Source: Rhina ancylostomus (taxonomy: Eukaryota). From it: a stretch of 64,000 bases of DNA. The DNA lies in the NCBI GenBank assembly GCA_030265395.1, contig JARFYF010000051.1, positions 15,235,223 to 15,299,222 of the forward strand, written 5' to 3'. Below are positions 25,689 through 38,090 of the stretch, one piece after another. The translations under genes were made by a program, and so were the position numbers. A model generated the notes under the pieces. The model saw only the letters and a list, made by a program, of their open reading frames with translations. It made no database searches and was not told where the DNA came from. Position 1 is the stretch's first letter; every line of letters begins with the position of its first letter.

Positions 25689-27335
25689 ATAGAACATAGG
25701 CCCAGGACCAGGATGCCAGTTTCAATGCACATTTGCCTGCACATAGTCCATATCTCTCCATTCTCTGTCTGTTCATGTACCTCTTAAACATTGCTATCGT
25801 ATCAGCTTCTACCACCTCCAGGCACCTACCGCTCTCTGTGTAAAAAAAAGTCTTGTACATCTTTAAACTTTCCCCTCTCTCACCTTAAACCTATGCCCTC
25901 TAGTATTTGACATATGCACCTGGGAAAAAGACTCTGACTTCTGCCCTAACTGTGCCTCTCATGATTTTATATATTTCTATCAGGTCGCCCTCAGCTCCTG
26001 GCATTTATTGTATACTTACACAGTGCAACGTCTCATACCTATCTGAATTAAACTTCAGTTGCCATTCTTCTGCTTAAATTTCCAACTCATCCATATCCTG
26101 CTGATTCCTTTGACAATCTTCCTCATTATCCACAATACTACCTGTTTTTCTGTCACCTGCAAACTTACCAATCAGCGCACCTACATTTTCGTCCAAACTA
26201 TTTGTATATCACAAACAACAGAGATCTCACTACTGATCCCTGTGGTCACAGACCACCAGCCAAAATAACACTCCTCTACCACTACCCTCTGTCTTCTATA
26301 GACAAACCAATTTTGTATCTAATCTACCAAATCACCATGGATCCCATATGTCTTGATCTTCTGGATCATCTATCGTGAAGGACTTTGTCGAATGCTCTAC
26401 TAAACTCCATGTAGACAACATTCACTGTCCTACCCTTATCAATCATCTTCATCAGCTCCTTAAAAAGCTCAATCAAGTTTGGAAGACAAGACCCCTCTCA
26501 CCTCCCCTCCACCCCCACCACCCAGACAAAGCCATGCTGACTCTCCCTAATAAGTTCATGCTTTTCCAGCCACAAGTAAATCCTATCCCTAAGAATCTTC
26601 TCCAACAATTTCCCTACCACTGATGCAAGGCTCACCAGCCTATAATTTCCTGGTTTGTGGCTGTTGCCCTTCTTAATAAACAACAATGACTATTCTCAAG
26701 TCCTTTTGGAATGCCGCCTGTGGCTAAAGAAGATACAAAGATCTCTATCAAGGCCGCCGCAATCTCCTCTCTTGCCTCTCTCAGTAACCTGGGATAGATC
26801 CCGTAAGGAACTGGGAGCATCTATCTTTATGTTCTTTAAGAGACCTAACACCACCACCACCTTGTTATCCATGTGCCCTATAATGTCAGCATATCCCTCC
26901 CTGATTTTGCTGTCCTCCAAGTCTTTCTCCTTGGTGAATACTCATGCAAAGTACTCATTTAGTACCTCACCCATTTCCTCTAGCTCCAGGCATAAATTCC
27001 CTCCTTTGTCCTTGAGTGGTCCTACCTTCTCCCTCGATATCCTCTTGTTTTTTATGTAAGTATAAAATGCCTTGGGATTTTCCTTAATCCTTCACGCTAA
27101 GGTCATTTCATGGGCTCTTTTAGTCCCCGATACCCTGTTCCTTTCCTGCTCCCCTTATGTTCCTTAAGGGTCTTATCTGATTTCAGATTCCTAAACCTTA
27201 TGTATGCTTTCTCTTTTTGACTAAATTTGCCATTCAAGGTTCCTAAACCTTGCCACTCTTATCTGTCTTCCTCACAGGAACATGTTGGTCCTGAGCTCTG
27301 ACCTGCTGGCCTTTAAATGACTCCCACATGCCTTT
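25689..27335 (-). mobile_element. CR1-type LINE with internal deletions (ORF2 RT region to 3' end)
   Basis: GIYPRLLREAREEIAAAL, KKGNSHKPGNYRLVSLASVVGKLLEKILRDRIY..IRESQHGFV; 3' tail near 25690. Confidence 0.93.
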
Positions 27336-27596
27336 CACAATCTACACCCTTAAAATATTTGCTTAATGTCTCTCTCACCAAAAAAGTGTCTGTATATCTC
27401 CTGAAATTTTCCCATCAATACCCATCAATACTGCGATTAAATACTTACCTTTAAAATTACATTTCTTCATCGAAGAACAAGTTCCATTTTTTCTTTNNNN
27501 NNNNNNNNNNNNNNNNNNNNNNNNNNNNNNNNNNNNNNNNNNNNNNNNNNNNNNNNNNNNNNNNNNNNNNNNNNNNNNNNNNNNNNNNNNNNNNNN

Positions 27597-28500
27597 GTGG
27601 GGGGCAGAAAAAGAGAACAAGCATTGAATTTCATTGGAACAGTGTAAGAGGCTAAAGACAGAGATCAGAGGGGGATGGAGTATTAGCAGAGCCGGTGATT
27701 AGAGGGTCAGGTTCATACTGATGGACTGAATGGAGGAGTTCCCCAGTCATGATGTGATCACACCCAATGTGGATGAGACCACATTGTGAGCACGAATGCA
27801 TTTTAGTGACTGAAAGGATGTGGAAGGAGTGCTTTAGTAGAAGGGGAGGAAGTAAAAGGACAGTTGTTACACATCCCCTGTGGTTGCACAGCAAGGTGCT
27901 ATGGGCAGGAGTGTGGGTGTTGTGGGTGATACTGTAGTGACCCAGAGCCTTGAAAAAGGATGTGTTTGTTAGTGGCATTGCATTGTGGGTACCAGAAATG
28001 TTAAAGAGGGAGTCCTTGTCTTATGAGAATAGGCTGAGTGCGCTAGGACCTTTCTCTTTTGAGAGAAGGAGGATGAGAGGTGACTTGATAGAGGTGTACA
28101 AGTTGATAAGAGGCATAGATCGAGTGGACAGTCAGAAACTTTTTCCCAGGGTGAAAGTGACTAACATAGGGGGAACATAATTTTAAGGTGATTGGAGGAA
28201 GTTGTTGGGGGGATGTCAGAGGCAAATTTTTTTACACAGAGTGGTGGGTGCATGGAATGCACTGCCAGCAGAGGTTGTGGGGGTAAAATCATTAGGGACA
28301 TTTANNNNNNNNNNAAGGGTTAGATAGATCTTAGAGCAGGATAAAATGTCGGCACAACATCATGGGCCGTAGGGCCTGTACTGAGCTGTAGTGTTCTATG
28401 TTCTTAAAAGTGTTTCATCTGGAGTGATATAGGGAGAATGTCGAAACACTGAAGATCACAGAGCAGCTGTGGTTTTGATGGCTGAAGGGGTGGGTGTGCA
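27597..28500 (-). mobile_element. Penelope-like element remnant (GIY-YIG endonuclease region, possibly RT C-terminus), interrupted by CR1
   Basis: ORF 27652-27978 contains CNHRGC...CSQCGLIHIG...ELLHSVHQYEPD..NTPSPSDL, resembling the Penelope C-x2-C..YIG..EHLRSV..HFN motif series. Confidence 0.65.
28012..28404 (+). mobile_element. Relatively young CR1-type LINE 3' end
   Basis: LSYENRLSALGPFSFERRRMRGDLIEVYKLIRGIDRVDSQKLFPRV; tail tgttctatgttct. Confidence 0.93.
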
Positions 28501-31500
28501 GTTTGTGGTGTGGTCAGTTCCTTTCACCATTACACAGGGTCTCCATGACCTTGAGGTTCTTGATCCTGAACGTTCCCTCTCCACTTTGAACAGTCAAGTG
28601 CCAAAAGACCCAAGGACTCAGTGAGGATGTTGTATTTCTTCAAGGAGGTATTGACTACATTTTTGAACATTTTCTTTATCTATTGACAGAACTCGAAGAA
28701 TATTTGTTTCAGGGATCTTCCCAATAAGCTTTATTGGTGGAGGCAGTGCTGTGCAGCAAGTTGTGGTTTGGAGAGAGTCTTTGTCTTGTGAATTTTGAGT
28801 GTAAGGCCCATCCATGGGCCATGTTCCCAGCATGGAAACAGCTCCTTTGGCCCTCTGAGTCCACGCCAACCAATGGGCCGTATTCACACCGGTCCTATGT
28901 TAACCCTGTTTTATTCTTCCCACATTCTCATCAACCATGCACCTACAGTAGGGTCTATTTAAAAATGACAATGAAAACAGGCCATTCAGCCCAGTCAGTC
29001 CATGTTAGTCTATAGCCTATCCTCCTGGACCTGTGAGTCCTAATCTCAACTGTCTGCACTTTATTATTAAATTCTTTTATTCAACTTTCTTTAAACTTTC
29101 TCAAACTTGGTCTGAGAGAAAAACCTAGAGTTAATGGGAATGTTGGAAGAGTAAAATGAGATTCGTGTAAATGGGTGCTTGATGATCAGCACTGACTCGG
29201 TGGACTGAAGGGCTTGTATCAACGACGCTTTGAAAAATTGATACAATCTCTGTTTTAATCATGTACCCTGCCCATATTCTTCAGCCTCAACTCTGTGCAT
29301 AAAAACTCTTGTTCCCTATTTGAAATCTAATGATTTTAATCTGCAATCTATGTTTCCTCATTTTAAGGTTTTCAATCACTGGAAGAAATCTACTGTACAT
29401 TTTTCCTCCATAATTTAAAATATTTTTATAAAATAACTCCTTCATGTCCTCTAAAACAACAAAAGCAGCACCATTTATCTCTGCCATCACTTCATTAAAC
29501 CAGTGAGTTTATAATCAGGCTATAATAGCCTGGTGAACAATCTTGGAAAATATCAATTTGCTAGTTTATTTAGTCACTGTATCTTTTATGAATGTCTTCA
29601 CGTCAGTTGCTTTAAATAGAAAATATATAGCTTTAACACACACAGTACAGACCATGATGGCAATTATCCTTCCAGGCTGGTGTTCTTGGTTGTGTTTGAG
29701 TAAGAAGGGACTTTTATTTGTCTCAGTGAGGGAGAGTTATCTCAGCACAGGTTACCTATTTGTTCCTCTGACTGAAAGAAAAATAGGGTGACTTTTTGTT
29801 GAGGGTGAAAGATATCAAAATTATTTTCATCTGTAATAAGTAAATGATTAGAATAATGAGATCAGCCTCTGGCTCCAGTCACAGTATTGTATCCATTTGT
29901 AAGTATATATCAATTACCTTGCCAGATTTCTTTTTAAATGTTATTTACCTCTCCCTCTTTAACACTGCATCAATTCTGTCTACTACATGCAGCACTGAAA
30001 TTATTTTTGGAACAAGTTTATCAATCAGCTTCTGTAATCAGAAGCAAATTGACTTGTTTGCTGGGGAAAGAATTTAATCTTGAAAAACTGTTGCCAGGTG
30101 ATAACATTCCTTCAGTATTTCTTTCATCTGACTTGCTTTCTCTGCATCCAGCTCAAGTCTGCATGTTCTGTTTGGCTTTGTTGTCATTGAAGCCACCCGC
30201 TGATTTGGATGACAGAATGCCACTTGATTTGGCATGTTTCTATGATCTGATGTTTGCTTCATTACATTTATTTTTTCAGGTTTACTTTGACCCAGAATTA
30301 AATTGCCGTCTTACAATTGCAATTAAATAAAATCCAGTTAATTAAGCTATAAACAATTCATTATTTATTGCTCTTGTTCCTCCTTTGATGATGCTGGCTC
30401 TTGTCAGATTGCAGTCTCACAAACTCTTGCAACCTTTAAGTAACAACTCAACTACTACTCTTCTTGTGTAAGCCTTAATCATCATCTGGCTACTTCACTG
30501 CACAGAGCAGATCAGCCAAGGCCATTCAGTCGACATCCATCAGTGTATTTTTCAGCATGAAATTAAAAGACATGCATTTAAATACTTTCAAAACCATGAA
30601 GTTAGTAGATGCTGATCAGTGTCAAATTTCTTGCTCTGAATGTTTGGTGGTCCTGAGGTCAGTTGTAAAGTCCTGCTTCATAGAGTGAGACTTCAGCTCA
30701 GATCCCTGCTTTACATGCCCATAGCAATTAAAACCATTGTTAGATCTACTGAAACTGAAATCATTGTTGCATGCACAAATCCATACCAGCATTGTCTTTT
30801 TGACCTAAGTACAGAATATTATGGATTAAAAATAGAAAGTGCTAGAAACACCTAGCCAGACATACTCCAGCATTTTCTATTTCAGATTTACAGCAATTGT
30901 GTNNNNNNNNNNNNNNNNNNNNNNNNNNNNNNNNNNNNNNNNNNNNNNNNNNNNNNNNNNNNNNNNNNNNNNNNNNNNNNNNNNNNNNNNNNNNNNNNNN
31001 NNNNNNNNNNNNNNNNNNNNNNNNNNNNNNNNNNNNNNNNNNNNNNNNNNNNNNNNNNNNNNNNNNNNNNNNNNNNNNNNNNNNNNNNNNNNNNNNNNNN
31101 NNNNNNNNNNNNNNNNNNNNNNNNNNNNNNNNNNNNNNNNNNNNNNNNNNNNNNNNNNNNNNNNNNNNNNNNNNNNNNNNNNNNNNNNNNNNNNNNNNNN
31201 NNNNNNNNNNNNNNNNNNNNNNNNNNNNNNNNNNNNNNNNNNNNNNNNNNNNNNNNNNNNNNNNNNNNNNNNNNNNNNNNNNNNNNNNNNNNNNNNNNNN
31301 NNNNNNNNNNNNNNNNNNNNNNNNNNNNNNNNNNNNNNNNNNNNNNNNNNNNNNNNNNNNNNNNNNNNNNNNNNNNNNNNNNNNNNNNNNNNNNNNNNNN
31401 NNNNNNNNNNNNNNNNNNNNNNNNNNNNNNNNNNNNNNNNNNNNNNNNNNNNNNNNNNNNNNNNNNNNNNNNNNNNNNNNNNNNNNNNNNNNNNNNNNNN

Positions 31501-31849
31501 NNNNNNNNNNNNNNNNNNNNNNNNNNNNNNNNNNNNNNNNNNNNNNNNNNNNNNNNNNNNNNNNNNNNNNNNNNNNNNNNNNNNNNNNNNNNNNNNNNNN
31601 NNNNNNNNNNNNNNNNNNNNNNNNNNNNNNNNNNNNNNNNNNNNNNNNNNNNNNNNNNNNNNNNNNNNNNNNNNNNNNNNNNNNNNNNNNNNNNNNNNNN
31701 NNNNNNNNNNNNNNNNNNNNNNNNNNNNNNNNNNNNNNNNNNNNNNNNNNNNNNNNNNNNNNNNNNNNNNNNNNNNNNNNNNNNNNNNNNNNNNNNNNNN
31801 NNNNNNNNNNNNNNNNNNNNNNNNNNNNNNNNNNNNNNNNNNNNNNCTA

Positions 31850-32300
31850 CAGAATTGAATCATGATTGAGGATGGGAGAGCATTCATTGGGCATATGAAG
31901 TGAGATAACTAAATGATACAGAGGCTATCCATGGAGAGAGGAGGGGAAATAGTAATTCCAGAGCTTCGATAATTAACTGGACAGATAGCATCCTTTGGAA
32001 ACAGGATCAAATAGCCATATGGTTTATTGTGTGGTGCCATGATAAAGGACATCTTGAAAGATGTTAAAAAGGTGTTGGGTGAAGCAGAAGAGAAATCAGT
32101 CCTAAGAAGGAGTAGGCAGCAGGTCCTCTTTGCACAGTACCAAGTTCTGGAAACTAAATTAAAGAACAGGACCACCATGGTTATAATTCTTGGATGATGA
32201 CCTTAGCCATGTACTATTTGGTTTAGAAATAAGCAGACATAGGAGTTAAGCACCTGGCATAATGTTAGGTTAGTGGGGTTCCAATTCACAGAAACCAATA
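31850..32300 (+). mobile_element. Degenerate CR1 ORF1 (SGNH esterase-like) fragment
   Basis: Remnants such as acagatagcatcc.., ggtgccatgataaaggacatc and aaattaaagaacaggaccaccatggttataatt resemble CR1 ORF1 (GARIKDI..KLKNRT..VIISG). Confidence 0.55.
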
Positions 32301-32689
32301 CTAAATGTCATGTTTTGAGCCCTTTCTCCTTACCTCCTGTGCAGTCTTCTTTCCTGACTCTCTTTTCTACTGTCTGTTTTCCCCCCCCCCTCNNNNNNNN
32401 NNNNNNNNNNNNNNNNNNNNNNNNNNNNNNNNNNNNNNNNNNNNNNNNNNNNNNNNNNNNNNNNNNNNNNNNNNNNNNNNNNNNNNNNNNNNTTTTATGC
32501 ATTTTCATTCCAGACATTCTAACTCTCACTCATTTGACCTAGTGTTTTGTCAAGTACTTTGCAGCCATCTGGACAGTTTAACAATTTCAGATAACTATTT
32601 TTATTTTCTCAACATGTATGTGGCAATAACTTCCTGTTTCAATTTCTTTCTTTTTTCTTTTCTGTCCTTTTAGTAATTGTGACCTTGAC

Positions 32690-32860
32690 AACTCTGATCT
32701 GTCCCCTATCTGTTCTCCCCATCCTGCTCTGCAACTTAAAAACATGTTTGTCTTCTCATTTTTCCAGTTCTGATGAAGACTCCTTGACCCAAGACATCAA
32801 CTCAGTTTCTCTCCCCACTGATGCATTTATTGTTTCTTTTTCAGATTTCTAGACTTTTTT
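32690..32860 (+). mobile_element. Penelope-type terminal repeat
   Basis: ctctgcaacttaaaaacatgtttg...ccagttCTGATGAagactcc...aactcagtttctctccccac. Confidence 0.7.
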
Positions 32861-33180
32861 CCCAAAAATCTGTAGAAGTCTTGTTAATTTTATTTGTCCC
32901 TTTAGTGACTGCTTAAGGGAAGAGATTATCACCTTTCTTAGTGGAGAAAAATCCTTCCTGATTCCTGATTTTATTGCTAACAAACTAATCATAAAGAGTT
33001 ATGCTTCTTTACTATGCCAGCAGAAATGTTTAAAATATTAATTCATGGGATGTGAATGCTGTAGAAAAGACCAGAGTAAACTTAAATCCCTAACTGTGCC
33101 TTTGACCTGCCCCAGTCCTTGAGGTGAAGGTTCTTCTACGGTGTTGTTAGAATGGAAGTTCTAGGATTTTGACCAGTGAC

Positions 33181-33310
33181 ATTGTTTCTCTCTTTTTCAG
33201 TTCTGATGAAGGGTCTCAGACCTGAAATGTTATCTGTTTTTCTTTCCACAGATGTTGCTAAGTATTTCCAGCATTTTTGGTTTTTATTTCAGATTTCTAA
33301 TATCTGCAGT
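33181..33310 (+). mobile_element. Penelope-type terminal repeat with near-intact hammerhead-like core
   Basis: cagtt-CTGATGA(33203-09)-a-gggtc/tca/gacct-GAAA(33224-27)-tgt-t-atctg, followed by ccacagatgttgc..atttcagattt. Confidence 0.75.
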
Positions 33311-33339
33311 TGCATTGGTTTTCACTTAAGAACAAGACA

Positions 33340-33470
33340 GCACCAGTTTTTCAGATCAATGGGTTTTCATCAGAGAAAAGCTAGAAATGAAATATGCTTT
33401 AAGTTACATGGAAAGGAAAAGGATGGAAAAACAAAGGGTTTGCCTTTGGATAGAGTGGAGGCTGAAAGAG
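33340..33470 (-). mobile_element. Penelope-type terminal repeat, reverse copy
   Basis: tcatcag at 33367-73 and tttc at 33349-52 (CTGATGA...GAAA on the minus strand), plus the gtaacttaaagcatattt motif. Confidence 0.55.
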
Positions 33471-33540
33471 ACTCAATGACACAAGTAGTTGTGGTGTCAG
33501 CTGAGAGTGCTTGGGGTAAGCTTGTTAGCTACAACTGATC

Positions 33541-33878
33541 TGTCCAGAGGAGATGAATGCCCTGACCAATGAAGGCAAGTATGCCATATGCATTTTTACC
33601 ACCCTATCTACTTGTGATGCCACTGTCGGGGAGTTATTGACTTGCACCCTGAGATCCCTCTCTACACCAGTGCTCCAAAGAATCCTGCCATTTATTGTAT
33701 ACTTCCCTCTTGCACAGTGCAAAATCTTACACCTATCTGAATTAAACTCCATCTGCCATTTCTCTGCACAAATTTCTAACTGGTCTATATCCTGCTGTAC
33801 CCTTCAACAACCTTCTTCATTAACCACATCTCCACCAATTTTTGTGTTGTCTGCAAACTTAGTAATCAGCCTTTGTTC
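33541..33878 (-). mobile_element. CR1-type LINE ORF2 fragment
   Basis: MEFNSDRCKILH..GVERDLRVQVNNSPTVASQVDRVVK. Confidence 0.9.
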
Positions 33879-36582
33879 NNNNNNNNNNCTGCACCCCTTC
33901 TTCGTTGCAGATTAAAACATGTTTGACTTCTGCCTTTTCCTAGATTTGATTAAAGATCTTCAACTAGAGATGTTAACTTTGTTTCTGTCACCACTAATAT
34001 CAACAGATTTGCTGATTATTTGTGCATTTACCACATTTAAACTTTTATTTTTTGAGGAATACATTGCTTCCTTATTCTTTCTATATAATGCACCATTAAT
34101 CTGTTTTGAAATTCGTTTGTTGATTATGCACTTATTTATATATTCATTTTTGTCCTCCAGTAATTTGGTGTGATATTCTTTGGTATTACCTATGCCCTCT
34201 TAGTTTGGGCATCACAACTATATTATTAACAGATGAAGGAGAAAGAAGTAGAAAGTTTTAATAAAGAGTTTAGCTGATGAAGATTGGGGATTATTTTTCT
34301 GAATGTGATTGGTACTGAGATTGTCAAGTGAGGTGGATTTGAACATTTCTTTGTCAGTGTATCCTTGAAATAGTTGTATTTTCATTTAAACACCCTGCAA
34401 ATAATGGCATTCTCGCAAGATCCCTCTAAATATCAGCCATCTCTCAAGAAACCACTGTAATAATTGCCGTATTTCCAACAGTTTTTGTTTTTCCATTCCA
34501 GTAGATACTGTCAACTGACCAAAGAGAAACAATACAGCAATACACATTGCATACATAGCAGCATAACTTGTATTCTAATAAATTGAAACATGGAATAGTA
34601 TTATATTGGATCACGGCCTTAAAATCTGAAGGTCTGGTATACTATTTGGAAAATCCATATACTATTATAGTAGTCAACAACAACAATGGGGGCATTAATT
34701 GGACTCATCACTTTCCATATTTCTGGATAAGCGAGGGGGAGAATCAGTAAGTTACTCCTATTGTGGTCAAACCTCAAAAAGTGAATGTGAAGTGAGAAAA
34801 TGTACTCAGCTGTAGGACACAGTTTAAAAAACATTTAAAAGGATATGGTCAGTGGAAGTATATCCTGCAAATTAACAAAGCACTCAGGCATCTCCCTTTC
34901 CCCGCTCATGATCTCTGCTGACTTTCCTCCACAGCATCTGCTGCCTCTTTTTATCCTGTGCATCCCTTGCTGACCCCCTTTCTCTTGTGCACTGTCTCCT
35001 TTTCTGTTACTAGCCCTCACCTTTCATACATCCCACCCACATAACTCTTGAATGTTGCCTCTTACTTTTGATGCGTCCTTTTGCCCCACTTAACCCTTCC
35101 CCTACCTGCTCTCTCATCTCTGCCAATGCAGTTTTCCCATCCCCTTATTGTTCTCCCCAAAAACCCACTGCCACCACCCTCCCCCACCCCCACCACCACC
35201 ACCATGTCCATGGTAGCATGCTCATACTCTTTGCTTGTCCATCCCTATTCACTGTACTGGGGTGGGGTTGCCTTCTCTTCTGTGAATTCTATATAGTTAT
35301 ACAGCATAGCAGAGCATTTTTATACTCCATGGCACAACAAAGAACAGAAGAACTGTGAGAGTACAAATAATCTTTGAACAATTTGTAATCCAAGGAAAGC
35401 AAAGAATTAAGAGCCGTAAGTATTGCATGCAGTCACGTAAGCTTGAATGGTGCAGGTCAATATAAATTAATCAGCAGTTAAGAGGTTGCTTAAAAGCCTA
35501 CTTTGGCACTCATTGACTCATTAACAGATCAGCATCGACTTGTTCGACAGATCAGCATCGACTAGCATCAAAAATAGTTGAGTATTTTTGTTAATAGATG
35601 TCATAGTATCATGTCCTGTCCTGTAACTTGGGCTGCAGTCCTCCTTTCTGTATGATGTCTTTGGTATTTACTGTGTTGAATAATAGTGGTCTCTTTTCAG
35701 GGCATCTGCACTTTCCTCCATATCTTTTTTTTTCTTTTTGTCTCGCTCTTTAGACAGCAGTTGTATTTAATAGAAGATGTATGAAATCCTGGAGCATCCC
35801 TTTGAGCAGATTTGAGACACTGCCTCCTTCACAACTTGGCCCTCTCCACTCTCACTGCCCTTTCAGGAAATCTAGCTACAGTTCATTGATGCCTCCCACT
35901 GGAATATTTGTAAATGGGCTCCCAGACTGGTCAATCTAAGTTGAGATGCTGTGGAAAATTACCCAGCATGTATTCAATATATGCAGGAGTCAACGCAGAA
36001 GCTTTTAAATTAATTGAGAATCCTAAAATAGAATTAGTCTGAAGAGAAAATGCAGATCAGCACTTGAGACACATCAACTATCACTGCCTACAATGTGAAT
36101 TTCTCTTTTCTCTCTGCCAGCGCTGACAGACCTACTGTATGTTTCCACCATATTTGTTTGTGAAAACATGAAAGATAATTGTCATTTTGTTTTGGCACCT
36201 ACCCCACCCCCAATTTGTAAGGGATGTTCTTCTGTAAACTGTTGGCAATAGTAAGTTTAGTTGAGAAGGAGGGAGAACTTGAATTGAGAGAACACCTTTC
36301 ATAATTCAAAACATCCCAAAAGCACTTTAACCAATGAAGTACCTTCGACAGGTAGTGAAAAANNNNNNNNNNNNNNNNNNNNNNNNNNNNNNNNNNNNNN
36401 NNNNNNNNNNNNNNNNNNNNNNNNNNNNNNNNNNNNNNNNNNNNNNNNNNNNNNNNNNNNNNGAAAAACATATCCTGTATATAAATTGTTGAGTTCATAT
36501 AGGTGGCAAAGCAAGCATTTATTGCACACCCCTGTAGTTCATTTGGTAACAAATCTCCCCTTTAAATCTCCCCTCTCACCTT

Positions 36583-36750
36583 GTTTCCATACAGAGGGTG
36601 TTGGGTATACGAAATAAGCTGCAGAAGCAGGTACAATTACAATGTTTAAAAGGTACATGGATAGATAAGGTTTAGAGAGGATATTGGTCAAACGCAGGCA
36701 TTGACGGGTTGAGCCAAAGGGTTTGTGTCTGTGCTGTATAACTCTATGAT
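36583..36750 (+). mobile_element. CR1 3' tail (inverted relative to its continuation at 37018-37270)
   Basis: tttccatacagagggtg...gtgctgtataactctatga. Confidence 0.8.
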
Positions 36751-37017
36751 ATACATATTAAGTAGGGCGATGGGAAGTGCAAAGAGATCATAAGGTCCAG
36801 TAAAGACATTGGCTGAATTGCCTATTATTGTGCAGTAAAACTCCATGTAATGATGAGGCTTGTTAAACTGAAGTTCTGGTGCAGTATTCATCCTGGAGTC
36901 TATACACAGATCATTAACAAAAGTCTAATATTGGGCTTGAACTCAAAATGCCTTGAATTAAGAGACAAGAATGTTACCAAATGCCAAAACAAAATGACAA
37001 TTATCTTTCATGTTTTC

Positions 37018-37272
37018 CCCTCAGCTCCCCTTTAAATCTCCCCTCTCACCTTAAATTTATGTTCTCTAGTTTTAGATTCCCTCACCCTGGGGGAAAAAAA
37101 CTGTGGCCATCCACCTTATGTATGCTCCTCATGATTTTATAAACTTCTAAAAAGTAACCCCTCAGCCTCCTGTCCTCCAGAGAAAAAAGTCCCAGCCTAT
37201 CCAGCCTCTCCTTTTAAACCAAGCTATCCAGTTCTGGTAACCTCCTTGTGAATCTTTTCTGCACCCTTTCCT
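37018..37272 (-). mobile_element. CR1-type LINE 3' coding fragment
   Basis: ctcaccttaaa..ctctagttttagattcc..atgattttataaac..ccagcctatccagcctctc..gtgaatcttttctgcaccctt. Confidence 0.85.
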
Positions 37273-37894
37273 TTGATTCCTCTATCCTGCACTCTGAGCA
37301 AAGGCAATTTTCTCCTTTTGGATTTGTTTCTAAAAATCTCAACTGGTTTCTAAAAATGCCCCTGGTTTTGATATTCCTTCAAGTAGTAATACCTTCTCTT
37401 TGACTAACTTCCTTTGCAATTTAATACCCTCCATTTGTTTGAAAAGAGACATGTCAGACTTTCCCTGTATTTGTATCCTTTCCATTCAGGCATCATTTTT
37501 CTCTTCTACAGTACTTTGGTAATCCTTTCATAATTTGGAGATCAGAACTATGCTTAGTGCTCTCAACGTGATTTAACCAAGGCTGTATATATTACTTTTA
37601 AATTTTGTTCCTTGAGAAATAATCCCAATGCCTGGTTTGTACATGTTTTAGTTTTATCGATCTGTTTTGATACCTTGTAATGTTTTATCAATGTTTTTGA
37701 ACCTTTCCCACATTTAAATTCATTTTTGGAGGAGTGCTGCTTCTTTATTCCTCCTGTCAAAATATGCCACTTGTATTCAAATTAGTTTGCTGCTTACATT
37801 TCATATTGATGTTTCTGCATGCCCCCTTGAATATTGGTGTTTCTTTTTTTATATATTAACTGTGCTTCCAAATTTAGTCTCATCTTCAAATATT

Positions 37895-38090
37895 TGTTTG
37901 TAGGAATATGAACATTACTGGCAAGGCAATCATTTATTGTCCATCCTTTATTGTCCCTGAACTGAAGAAAGTTAAGAGTTAAGCACTTTGTTGTGGGTCT
38001 TGAGTCACTCATGGGGCATAAGGATGGCAAATTTTCTTCCCCAAAAGTATGAGTGTACTAGAATCTGCTAGTTTCATGGTTATCATTGTC
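37895..38090 (-). mobile_element. SINE sharing the ggatgggcaataaatgctggccttgccag-type tail (same family as 44349-44700)
   Basis: ctggcaaggcaatcatttattgtccatcc..gttaagagttaagcac..gtgggtcttgagtcac..aaggatggcaaattttcttccc. Confidence 0.7.

Noticed and set aside
29844-30330. 130-aa ORF and overlapping ORFs in unique sequence
   Set aside because: No recognisable domain and composition typical of random AT-rich intron; cannot be supported as coding.
30839-31887. Long ORFs of 322-339 aa
   Set aside because: They consist almost entirely of X residues from the N gap at 30903-31846; the same applies to ORFs spanning the other gaps.
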